A stretch of DNA of 64,000 bases from Octopus sinensis (taxonomy: Eukaryota). Every line of letters begins with the position of its first letter. Position 1 is the stretch's first letter. Below are positions 38,051 to 50,800 of this stretch, piece by piece. Below the pieces are notes generated by a model. The model was given only the letters and a program-made list of their open reading frames with translations. It was not told the origin of the DNA and did no database searches. Location: positions 180,234,001 to 180,298,000 of the forward strand of contig NC_042998.1 in assembly GCF_006345805.1 (NCBI RefSeq), written 5' to 3'. A program made the position numbers and the translations under genes.

Positions 38051-38335
38051 TTCGTTCCAGCACACGATCTCAGATCAGGTCACTTGCTATGCAAGTACAT
38101 CTCCATAAATATATGTTGTGTGTGTGCGCGCGTGTGTGTTCGCCCGGGGCGAACCTCCCAGTTGTGTGTCAACTTTCGCCATAATAAACATATAAACTCT
38201 ACTCAAAGTATTGATGTCTATATGAGATAATGCTTGCCCTAAGTAAAATAGAATGTTAATATATTTTACACCCATTACGATTCATAAAATAGATTGATAG
38301 ATAGATAGATAGAGAGAGAGAGTGAGAGAGAGATG

Positions 38336-38394
<59 letters not shown>

Positions 38395-39061
38395 GGATAG
38401 ATAGGATTTGCTTTTTATGTAAATACTATGAAAAGTTTAGTAAAATAAAAAAAAAGATGGGTGAATAGAATAATTTGATTGTGTTAACATGTAACATAAG
38501 TTCTCGGTACATGACAAGTAAAACGATGAGAGTTAAGTGCTACACTGGCCACAGGAATCATGCGATATATCTAAATAGTGAACCAGTTCACACTGTCATA
38601 ACTAAAGTTAAGATATTCAAAGAAAACAAAATCTAAGAACGAGTAAAGAAAATAATGACATTGACATGAAGACATATGTAGAAAATATACATATTTTGAG
38701 CATGAAATTGGATCTACGTACACACAGAATATAGACACACAGACAAATACTTGCATATATATTTGCATGCGTATATGTATGTGTAATTTTATACTCATTT
38801 TTTTTTATAATATGTCTCTTTGTGTATATACAAATATATAGTCAGATCGAGAGATAAAACTGCACAATACTTGACACCAAGCCCCACATTTGTTCCCTCC
38901 AGTAGTAACTAAGTATATATCTGTGTATGCTCTGAGGCATAATGGATATATATTCATATAGCCACGTAAACTCACAAAGAATGAGGGGGAGAAAGTAATA
39001 TTCCTGATGTAGATATACTTTACTGATAGGATAACTGAAAGAAATAGTAAGTGCTTATACA

Positions 39062-39096
<35 letters not shown>

Positions 39097-40531
39097 GTAT
39101 GTGTATATGTACTTATATATGTGTGTGCATTTGTGTCTATGTTTGCCTGGTGCGATAGTATTTTTCTCCTTATATTCTGGTGCGTATGTATGTCTGCGTG
39201 TGCGAGAGTATGTGCGTGTGTTTGTGTGTGCGTATGCGTATATGTACTCGTGCTGTGCGATAAAATTCTGAACAAGTTGTTAAAAGGATATTTCGTTTTG
39301 TTTCTCTTGTCAGTATTCTTCCTTCAGAGCAATTCCTGTTGGAATTGTTTGGTGCTGCTTTCTATTGGTTAGTGACTGTTCACTGTATACATTCTATCAG
39401 AACTACATATCTGTGTAACTTTGTATAAGGTAATTTCAAAGAGGACTTTTAAGTGATAGATTTAAAGGTGACAAAAACGGCATTCAAATTAGAACTCATT
39501 TTAGCGATTTCATTACTGTACGTAATCTGAACTGAAATTGAATGTTCAGTGGATACAATATGAATCCGACATAATGTTGAGGTTCGGAAGCAATGGAATG
39601 ATATTTTCCCATTTATATTTTGTATAAAAAGCCTTCTAAGCCTATCTGGCAAAACTGTTTTCAAAAGTTGGTTCTAGATTTTGAAACATTGCATGTTTCA
39701 AACTGTTTCTTTCTTTGTATTGTGCATCATTACCTCTGGCATTAATATCAGAATATTTGAAGGCGGATAGCTGGCAGAATCGTGTAGCACCGCTTGCTAA
39801 GTGATTAGCGATATTTCTTACGTTCCGAGTTCAAACTCCGCCGCGGTTAATTTTGCCTTTCTTCCATTTGAGATCGAAGTACCAGTTGAGCACTGGTTTC
39901 GATGTAATGGACTTACCGCTTCTCCTAAATTCCTGGGTTTGGGCCAAAATTTGAAACCACTATTAGAATGGTGGAAGGTGCCGATCAGTCAAAATCGTTA
40001 GCGCGTCTGAGAAGTAAAAACTCAGCAGCATTTCTGCCGGTTCTTTAGGTTTCGATTTCAAATGCCGTCGAGGTCGACTGAGCCTTTTATCCTTTCGGTA
40101 TTGATAAAAATTACCAGTTGAATACTGGGGTTAACGTAATCGGCTTACCCCTTCCTCGTAAAACCGCTGGCTTTGTGTCAAAATTCGAAATATTAAAATA
40201 TTTGGACATTCGATTGGCCGGTAAAGTGAACGGACAAAGTTTCTGGAGTCATGTAGTTGTATACCTTTACATAGAGATTTCAAATCTCACCAATATCTAT
40301 TTTGCATAGATATGATTAAATAACATATGAGAATTAGATACTATATAATTTTCTTTTTTCCTATGCTACTCGGCTAAATTTCAAGCGTTGTATGATGTTT
40401 GCTATAAATATACCTACAGGAATTGATCTTTATTCACATGCAATAATTGACGAATAAATAGTTCAAATTTTCTATGGGTGCAACTTTTATTTCCTCGTTT
40501 ATGGGAAAATAGTATATTATAGTATAGCTAT

Positions 40532-40837
40532 GGAGGCGCAATGGCCCAGTGGTTACGGCAGCGGACTCGCGGTGGGAAGATCGCGGTTTCGATTCCCAGA
40601 CCGGGCGTTGTATGTGTTTATTGAGCGAAAACACCTAAAAGCTCTATGAGACTCCGGCAGAGGGTGGTGGTGACCCCCGTTGTACTCTTTCGCCACAACT
40701 TTCTCTCACTCTCTCTTCCTGTTTCTCGAGTAACGCTGCGATGGACTGGCGTCCCGTCCACCTGATGGGGACACATACGCTACAGAAACCGGGAAACCGG
40801 GCCCATGAGCCTGGCTAGGCTTGAAAAGGCGACGTTT
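40532..40837 (+). mobile_element. Chimeric SINE: family C head + family F 3' half, 15-bp TSD
   Basis: Matches C up to ...ttcctgtttctc, then gagtaacgctgcgatggactggcg...gagcctggctaggctt as in the 11633 element. TSD ttatagtatagctat at 40517-40531 and 40838-40852. Confidence 0.85.
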
Positions 40838-41946
40838 TTATAGTATAGCTATATTCACAAGAATATTTTGTGGAGAGATATGATGAGATCCACCTGTCTA
40901 GGTAAGTTGCTGCTATATTTGTTGAGTAACAACTTCAAATCTGATGAACATTTTATAAAATAGATTCGACCTGTTAAAACAAAATGTACTCGTATTTTGC
41001 CTGAGCTTTCTAAATCCATGATGGACATCCTGCTTTAAGATGTAAAGCCTTCAAATTTTATTATCTTAAGTAAGGCATATAATTTAGTATCTGGTTATTT
41101 CGGTGGTGGTTAGAGTGACTAGGTCAAAACATTTTCTTATTGCTTACTGTTGTTTCTTAGGTTAGACATCTAGTTTGGTAGGTTAATATTTTAGAAGCAT
41201 CGTCTTAATCACTAAAGTCAATCTTTTTTATTGTCTGTAAAACATGACACGCACTGAAGATGCTTCAAGATGATATTATTAAAACCCAAGGTAAACTCCC
41301 CCGGGGTATAAAAGAAATGAATGTTTCTCCCGGCTTTCTTCTTGTAAGCCACAAGGCTGCATTAACGCAGCTGCTCTCCAGCCCGATAATCAATCAGTTT
41401 GTAAAAGTAGCTATATTTCATGATCTTCCTCATTGATAAAACATGTCATAAAATGTCCGGAGGACAATGATAACTTGAGCACTCACACATCAATACTAAA
41501 ACAGTACTTCGCGCATTTTGTTTTTTCAGATGCAGAGAAAAATGCAAACAAAAATAAAGAAACAAAAAATATGAAACAAAAATAAAATGAAAATATTGTA
41601 GAGATACAATATTTTTCATACAAATAAGGATTTCGGAGTGAAAAATGAAATAGAAAACAAATAATGAAGGGGAAGGCACGGGGAAGACAGAGGAATACTT
41701 CTCAATGAGAAAAATGACTGCGTAGATGACTGTATACATAAATGTATAAGCACATAAACGCACACACACAAATGTAAGTATATGTGATATTTGAATACAC
41801 AGAAAACAACGTCTTCCCAAAAAATGTAACATGCTCATTTTCATAACATTTTTTTAAAATAATTTTTTTAGAAAAATCAACTTTACACTTCAAAACCGTA
41901 TTAAGTAATCCTCATAGAATTCCAAATATATATATATATATATATA

Positions 41947-42038
41947 TCTCATGGTGCGATATGAACATTTTAGGTGTTTTTAAAGTCAGGGTTTGACTGC
42001 TATTTCGGCATGGTGGTGTCTCTCACCCTCATTTATAG

Positions 42039-42041
<3 letters not shown>
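41947..42041 (-). repeat. Monomer of the 31722 (TA)n-embedded element
   Basis: ctcatggtgcgata...gactgctatttcggcatg(g/t)tggtgtctct...caccctcattt aligns with 31722-31861; both ends are in (TA)n. Confidence 0.85.
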
Positions 42042-42074
<33 letters not shown>

Positions 42075-44596
42075 TCACACACACACATACACGCATATAT
42101 ATATATATATATGTGAGAGAGAGAGATTGAGAGAGTGTGTGTGAGAGAGAGAGTATGTGTGGGAGAGAGAGTGGGTGTGTGTATGCGTAAGTAGGATAGA
42201 TAGATATGCACATAAATATGTGTATTTATGTGTACATGCTGGGTAGTTACTAAATATATGCTGTAAGAAATGTGTATGTAGATGAAATCACACGCAGTCT
42301 TTTTTATAGAACCTAATTTATAAAATTCTGAAGGATGAAAGAATCTTGATAGACCACAAAGCGACTCGATCTAAAGAACGAGGAAACATAAACCAGATTC
42401 TATGATGTTTTAACTCGGGCAAAGTTTTAACCTGCTCCAGAGACCCAAACATTTACAAACCCTATAATATACACAGATACATATGTACACTCACACACAT
42501 TTACACGCACACACATACACGCACAGAGTCAACACAAACTCACAAACATACGCAGGTATATATATATGCATACAAATGCCTGCGCACATACAGTAAATAT
42601 AATCCTGTTATACTGCAAATGACATTAGTGTAGAAGCAGCCTCTGGGTATTATTGGTCGAATTCCATATTCGCTAAATATCTAATTTGGATGAAGGAGAA
42701 TATACATATTTGTAATTTATTGCGTGAGGAATTTATTTCAGGATTATTTTCATAAGTATATGTGTGTTCCCGCTTGTGCATAAATATGTATATGTGTACG
42801 TGTTTATGATGGATGCGTATCTATAGTGGCTAGTAATCTCTTTTCTTCTATTGTTTATTTTACGTTCCTTCAAAAAATGTATCATGATTATTAGGACAAA
42901 ACGTTCAATGATATAGAAATCAGATATTTTTCTGCTTCTTATAGTAAGGATTGACTGACCATGTCAAATTAGAAATGTGCTTCAAGCTTCATCTGAGTGA
43001 CTGAAAATCATGTGATTTCTAAAGCACTCGCCGAATTGGTAGAAAAATTGTCTGCCATCATGATTGCAATGAATGTTATCCATCTAAAATTGCTGCGGTT
43101 GCAAGCTCAGAAAACAGATTTAACAATTCAAGGCCACAGCACAGGGTGTTAGAAGGCACATTTTGCAGACAATGATTAACTTCAGAAACATCGTCTTAAT
43201 AGTTTGCAGCCCTGGACTCGACGTTTCCTACAACCAACATTTGGAAAGGATTAGTTACTAGGAGCCAGAAGGGATAGTTTTATGATGGCAGAGCAAACAT
43301 TCTTACAGATACATTCTCTATGAAGGATTACGAGCTAAATGAGGACTACGCAGTTTAATTTAGAGAACCAAAGCATTTATTATTTATCAATTAAAATTAT
43401 TTATATTAAATATTCAGCTTTAATGGTTATTTTTGTCAAGAAGAAAAGCAAGGCAAACGACTTAGAAATTTTAATTGGTTGAAAATTGAATAGAGACATT
43501 CTGTGGTAGAAATTCTGATCATTGGTAACTGCAATAACAACTTGGGATATGTTTTTGTCCTCAGCAAAGTATATATTTACTCGTATTTACTTAAGCTTAC
43601 AGTGACTGATGAAAAGAATTGAAAAGAAAAGCATTCACACATTAGTCAATTTACAATAATGATGTAAATAATTTTTCAGGAAAGCCTTCGGGAAGAACGA
43701 TATAGTTAATTGGGAAATAACTTAACGCAATGGACTTCTTTTATTGTATTCAGAAATTACTCGTTTATGGGAGTGAATTGTTCGGAGTGGTTCAATGACC
43801 AAATGCGTTACGAGATTTTACTACTGAACTTTCCTTCGTAAACGTATGTGTTGTGAGCACTGTTTTGTTTTTACCTTTGTTTTGTCAGTTAGACTTCACT
43901 GATTGGTGGAAAAACGACTTTCGGAGTTAATACGATTATTGTTTACTTTGAATTCTTGTAGGAATTCTTATTTATTACTATCAAAGGATATTCAACATAA
44001 GTTCCTTTGAACATGTAAACTACTTTCCAGTGACAGGAAATTGACATGTAGTTTAGAGGTTTATATTGTTTACTTCGACAAGAATAAAATAAGAAATGGA
44101 CATAGCAAAGATTCAGCGCCTTATTCGAAATTCATAACAACTTCGCTGACATTTTTATTCTGTTGTAGGAGAATACAGTGAAGTGTAATGAAGAAAATAC
44201 AATAGGTTGGTCAGTGAACAGAATGTAACAGACAATTCCATCCAGTCCCACCAGTTTTATAGCATATCGACGTAGGCTCCTTAAGTGGGAGGCACTGTGT
44301 AATGCAAAGGAATTTATCTGGACCTGGCATCTTCCTTCGGCTGGTTACGTACGTAATATATATTTTTACTCTGTTCTCTCAGACCGGACATGAGACCATA
44401 CCTTAAGCACAACCTCACGTACAAAACACGAACACAATTCTCTCATTTAGAAGGTTCACACCTTACCTAGATGGCTATTCAAATGTTTCTTCAATGCAAT
44501 TTAGAGGTAAGAAAAACAAATACTTCAGACGTAGAGAAGACGTTATTAAAAAGCTCTGATAGCATTCCAAAGTAAAATACGTAAAGAAAAAAGAAA

Positions 44597-44806
44597 AAAC
44601 AAACTTGTCTAGTCTAACTTAATGTATCCTCTCAAGATGATTACAAAGTAACGATTCCAAAATAGTCCGGCGCCATCGCCACCGTTCCGATATATTTCTT
44701 GCTTCAACTGAAGGCAGTTGATTAAACATCGTGTTTTGTTTTTTTGAGGATGGCATACTCACTTCGGTTAAAATGGAGAAATTTAAGAATACGAAATACC
44801 TCTGTT
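44597..44806 (+). repeat. ~205-bp repeat, inverted copy at 50852-51057
   Basis: One mismatch over the first ~150 bp in direct comparison. Confidence 0.9.
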
Positions 44807-44869
44807 GTTTCAACTAATTAAGTAAATAAAAGCAAAGACAGTCATCGTTTCATACACTTCCTATACATA

Positions 44870-44939
44870 CCAAACAACCCACTTAAATACATACATCATA
44901 CATATGTGCACGTTTATATCCACATATCTGTATATATTA

Positions 44940-45012
<73 letters not shown>

Positions 45013-45223
45013 AGTGTATATATATGTATGTATGTATATATATATATATATATATATCCATACATACATACGTACACAGACATACACATATACATATATA
45101 TATATGTATATATATATGTGTTATATATATTATATATATATATATCCAATATATATACAATATATATATATATATATACAATATATATAATATATATTAT
45201 AATATATATATATATATATATAT

Positions 45224-45258
<35 letters not shown>

Positions 45259-45299
45259 ATATATAATATATATACAATATATATATATATATATATCTA

Positions 45300-45341
<42 letters not shown>

Positions 45342-45951
45342 CAATATATATATATATATAATACAATATATATCTATATATACACAATATATTATATATA
45401 TATATATACAATATATATATATATATAATAAATATTAATATATATATATATACCATATATATATATATATATATATATAACATATATATATATCTATATA
45501 TATCATATATATATATATATATATATACAAGATATATATATATATATATATACAATATATATATATATTATATATATTATATATCCAATATATATATATA
45601 TATATATCCCATAGATATATATATATATATATAACAATATATATATTATATACAATATATATATATATATCTACAATATATCTATATATATACAATAATA
45701 TATTCTATATATATATACAATATATATATATAGAATATATACACTATAATATATCTATATACAATATATATATCTATATATCTCTATACCCTATATATAT
45801 ATCTATATCTATACACTATAATATATATATTATATTACAATATATATCTATATATCTATATACAATATATATATATATATATATATATACACTATATATT
45901 ATATATCTATATCTATATACAATATAATATATAATATAGCTATATATATAT

Positions 45952-45984
<33 letters not shown>

Positions 45985-46985
45985 CATAATATCTATATTA
46001 TACAATATATATATATCATCTAGATATTATATACAATATATCTATATATATACAATATCTAATCTATCTCTCTACAATATATCTATATCTATATTCTACC
46101 CTATCTATATATATGATATATACCATATATATATATCTAATATATACCAATATATATATATATATATACAATATATATATATATTATATACATCTATATA
46201 TATCTCTCTATCTATCTATCTATATATATATTATATATATATATATCTCTCTATATAATTATCTTATATACCATCATATTCTATATAATATCCCATCTAT
46301 CTATCTATCTCTATATATATCTATTTCTATATATATATACTATATATATATATACATAATTAATACATATCCATATATATCGATATATATAATACCTCTA
46401 TATCTCTATCATCCCCAATATCTCTATATCTCTATATCTATATTATATATATATACCATATATCTATATATTATCTACTCACTATATATCTATATTATCA
46501 CAATATATATCTATATATACTACCTATATATATATCTATATCTACAATTATATATATATTATTTACACTCTATATATCTATATCACAATTATATATATAT
46601 ATACATACAATATACTAAAATATATATATATCAATCTATATATATGCTATACACAATCTATATTATATCTACACAATCTATATATATATACATACCATAT
46701 ATATATATATATCTAGACACTCTATATATATATATACCATATATATATATCTCTATCTACAATATATATATATATATATCTTATATCCACCTATATTATA
46801 TCTCTACACTATATATATACTATATATATACAATATATATATTATAATATATATACAATATATATATCTATTTATATCAATATCGATATATATATATATA
46901 CCATCTATCTATATATATATATACAATATATATATATACTATATATCTATATATATATATATATATATACGTCCATATATATACA
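44870..46985. repeat. ~2.1-kb degenerate (TA)n tract with recurrent CAATATAT motif
   Basis: Seen directly; increasingly noisy after ~45700. Confidence 0.95.
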
Positions 46986-47438
46986 TTATATTCGGAACCC
47001 TATTGGCATGTGTCTCTTATAACTATTTACCTGTGTATATGCTTTCCTGTTTTATGTGTATATATACTTCTGTGTGAGCGTAACAGTGAGCATAACAGTG
47101 TGTATACGTGTTCGTGTATGTGTGTGTTTGTGCGTGTTTGTGCGCTGGTTGATCGTTTGTGTTTCTAAGTCGTCTGCGCATTTTCATTTGTTTACTAATC
47201 TAAATATGAATAGTGATTCCTTGAATTTCTTACCATTTTTTTTTATCGCATTCTATTATTTTCCTGAAGTACATTCACGCATACACACACTTCCATACAC
47301 TCGCACTTGTACATACAGGCACACACATTTGCAACATACACACATGTAGACTTTTTCATACCTATCAAGAGTAAAAACAGATTTAAAAGCAACTTATTGA
47401 CTGTGTTTTAGTAGGTGCCTACGTACACATATATGGAA

Positions 47439-47476
<38 letters not shown>

Positions 47477-47979
47477 TATATATATATACATTTATATTTA
47501 TGTACATATATATATATATATATATAATATACACACACATATATAAATTTTATATTTATGTATAAGTATATATATATATATATATTATATATATATATAT
47601 ATATATACATACACATGTACGCACATCTATATATATATATAAACACACATACACATGCACGCACACATACACATATATGTAAATATATATATGAGTGTGT
47701 ATGTGTATTTGTGTGTGTGTGTGTGTGGATCTTTGTGTATACACACACACGAAGCCACACATGTATATATGCACAAACGCAAACACAAAGACTTACATAC
47801 ATGCAAAATATATATGCATGTGTTAGTGAGTGTAGTTCTGTTTGTATATATACATATGTGTGTGTGTGTGTAAGTGTGTGTGTTCATGAACGTATGCGTA
47901 CACGTATGTATTTGTAATTATCTAGCAGCAAAGAAATGGGACAAGGAGACACAGACAGAGAGAGACAGAAATAAAGAGG

Positions 47980-48020
<41 letters not shown>

Positions 48021-48276
48021 TTTAAGGAAAAGAATGAAGGAGACAGTGGATGGTAGAGGAAGCTTACATTAAAAAAACTTGACAATCAAATCAGTTGAAA
48101 TAATATTAGATAAGGAAATGAGGTAATTACTTACTCCCACACTGGCTTTATTTAAAACAACTATTTATAGAATATGTTAGATTTGGTAATGGAGTGTGCA
48201 GAGAAAATGGGTGAAAACACCGAAAGGAAGTTGCAAACCGGTTTCAGTTCCTAGCTGCAGGCATCTATCATATATA

Positions 48277-48775
48277 TATGGTCGGGACGTCGGCGACTAA
48301 ACCGGCAACCCTACCAAACTTGCTTGGTGAGGAGGGTGTCTATTGGACACCCTGCGGGATGAAAAACAAAACCCATCAAAAGGCGGAGGAACTCTTGAGA
48401 GTCAACGGCCATCCAATAAATGTCTTAAGGATGTATCATGCGCGGAGACATAGAAATATTCGGACTGAATACCCGGTCGCGCGATTAAACCATTGGGAGT
48501 GAAGGACTCCTAGACTTTGTTAGGACATCCTTCTAGGAGAAGGTAACTCAGGTAACTGAGATAACTCCGACATAAAACCTGCGGCTCAGTGGTTACCGAC
48601 GATGTTGACTTGTTCTTCTTTTCGAATTATGGCTACTGTTGCTTAGTGAGTGGGATTGACTCAGTGCACAGCCTTTCCTCACTTAAAAAGAATCTTCCTG
48701 CACAGGCATTGCACGATAACAACATTGATTAAGCTTCGTGCAATGGCCATACTCGATAACGAGGGGGCAGCCACC
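48277..48775 (+). mobile_element. Unclassified ~500-bp GC-richer, hairpin-rich element inside (TA)n (RTE-like 5' region suspected)
   Basis: Sharp boundaries into TA repeats, multiple stems and no coding signature. The family assignment is only a resemblance. Confidence 0.45.
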
Positions 48776-48794
48776 ATATGTATATATATACATG

Positions 48795-49070
48795 AGAGCG
48801 CGTTAGCCTAGTAGTTAGGGTGTTGCACTCACAATCTAGCGATCGTAACTTTAATTCCCAGATTGGGTGGTGCGTTGTGCCGTTGAGCAAAACACTTCAT
48901 CTCGCATTGCTCTGCGATTTCTTCGACATTTGTCACGTGGTACACAGTGCACCCGATCACCCAACATCGATTTATATGGAGAGAGAGCGAGCCAATGTGT
49001 GGCACGAACATTTGATCACTATAAACAAATAATTTGTGGAGGTCGTTCGGTATTAGCTAAACGTTCTTAC
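48795..49070 (+). mobile_element. Old tRNA-derived SINE (family E/F-like head)
   Basis: gcgcgttagcctagtagttagggtgttgcactcac...gttgagcaaaacacttcatctc. A related minus-strand fragment lies at 51090-51270. Confidence 0.6.
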
Positions 49071-49329
49071 GTCACCTTCGACGAGAGAGTCCATCATCTA
49101 ATATATATATAGTGAGAATTTACAAACAAAATACAAAAAACAAAAGACAAAGACGGGTGTTTAAACACAAAAACAGATGTATTAGTTTATCGCTAGATAA
49201 ATGAGAAAGTTTTTTACGTTTCGCGCCAACGCTCTTCGAAAAAAAAGAACACAGAAATAAACAGGGAGAGAAAATAGAAAAAGGTAGTGTGGCTAGCGAT
49301 CTATCATGGCAAATGCCCAACAGAGGGGT

Positions 49330-50104
49330 GAAAACTATGCTGAAACAGTCATACTCTTTTCCTTTAGGGAAGCCACTTACAGCATCTAATAATATCAGAG
49401 ATCTAGCAAACTCAGCTGGTATCGATATAGGACGTATAGCTTCTGGAACCTAAGAACCTTCCGGTCCAGAGAGCAAGGTATCGTCATTCCTCTCTTCTCC
49501 TCCTTTGTACGGCCACACATCAAATACTGCTGTCGCCTGTAGTCTCCCCTTACAAAACAAAACATCTGAAACATTGAATCACCCAGAGGTCATTCACTAA
49601 AAGAATTAAAGGCACCACTGATCTCAGTTACTGGGACCGCCTGAAAGCATTGAAATTATTCTCTCTAGCGCCGCCGTGAGCGATACATCATTTGCACGAT
49701 GTGGGGAATATCCTACCAGCGTTGCCCAAAAGACATCAACATTAGCTTCAAAATTCAGCCAAGGATAGGACCACGTGCCATACGTCACCTAACTAATTCA
49801 GGAGCACAACACGTAAATACACTGCAACACAATTTCTTTTCCTCAACAGGCCCTGCCCTGTTTAACAATGTCCCGAAACAGGTCAAAGAGGAAAAGAATC
49901 TCATTACCTTTAAACGGAATCTGGACAAATTTCTTCAAGGAATATCAGATAAGCCACCTATACCTAGATACAACTCAACAATAACTCCATACTCGAATGA
50001 ACCTTTACTTATTTAGCTAATCCTATCAGGGGGTGCTATTAAGTTAGACATTGTCTGGACCAATCTTTGGTCGAAACATATATAGATTATCTAAGTTATC
50101 CAAG

Positions 50105-50107
<3 letters not shown>
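49330..50107 (+). mobile_element. 5'-truncated CR1-clade LINE 3' end
   Basis: FRSREQGIVIPLFSSFVRPHIKYCC, SYWDRLKALKLFSL, RRERYII and FKRNLDKFL motifs, a 3' UTR stem gacc...ggtc and a short repeated tail (tatctaagt/tatccaagt). Confidence 0.85.
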
Positions 50108-50153
<46 letters not shown>

Positions 50154-50604
50154 CATATATGTCTGTATGAGTTAGAGGTTCAGAAACCATCTAAGTGATA
50201 TTAAATATCCAATATACTACTGGATGTGTACCTACATATTTTTAACCAAGTGCTTACTATTGCATGGCAATATTACAATTGAATACTAGGTATGAGTGGG
50301 GGGAAATTGGAAATTTACCCCTAGGAACTATAATGCAAGTAAGAAAATGGAAAGGATATAAAATCCATTTTCTAATTTATATTATATATATATATATATA
50401 TTACATATTTCAGTCAGTAGATTCTAGTCATATTGGGGCACTCTATTGAAGAACTTTTTAGTCCAAAGAATCGATGTCAGTACTTGTTATTTTTAGAGCC
50501 AGGTCTGTCATTCTCTTTTGCCAAACTACTAAGTTATGGGGAGGTAAATTCACCAACGCTGGTTGTCAAGCAGTAGTGAGGGACGAGCACATAGACACAC
50601 ACAC

Positions 50605-50800
<196 letters not shown>

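Noticed and set aside
38139-38165. GC hairpin gttcgcc-cgg-ggcgaac followed by ccagt, as a Helitron 3' end
   Set aside because: The terminus is CCAG rather than CTRR and no 5' TC end or second copy is seen.
44259-44460. Exon-like segments YRRRLLKWEALCNAKEFIWTWHLP and PDMRPYLKHNLTYK
   Set aside because: The implied intron would be only ~36 nt and the protein is not recognisable.
45700-46985. Apparent higher-order pattern (ctat/ctct/caat interruptions) in the TA tract and a 244-aa ORF
   Set aside because: Irregular interruptions look like low-quality consensus in a long (TA)n; no periodicity could be supported.
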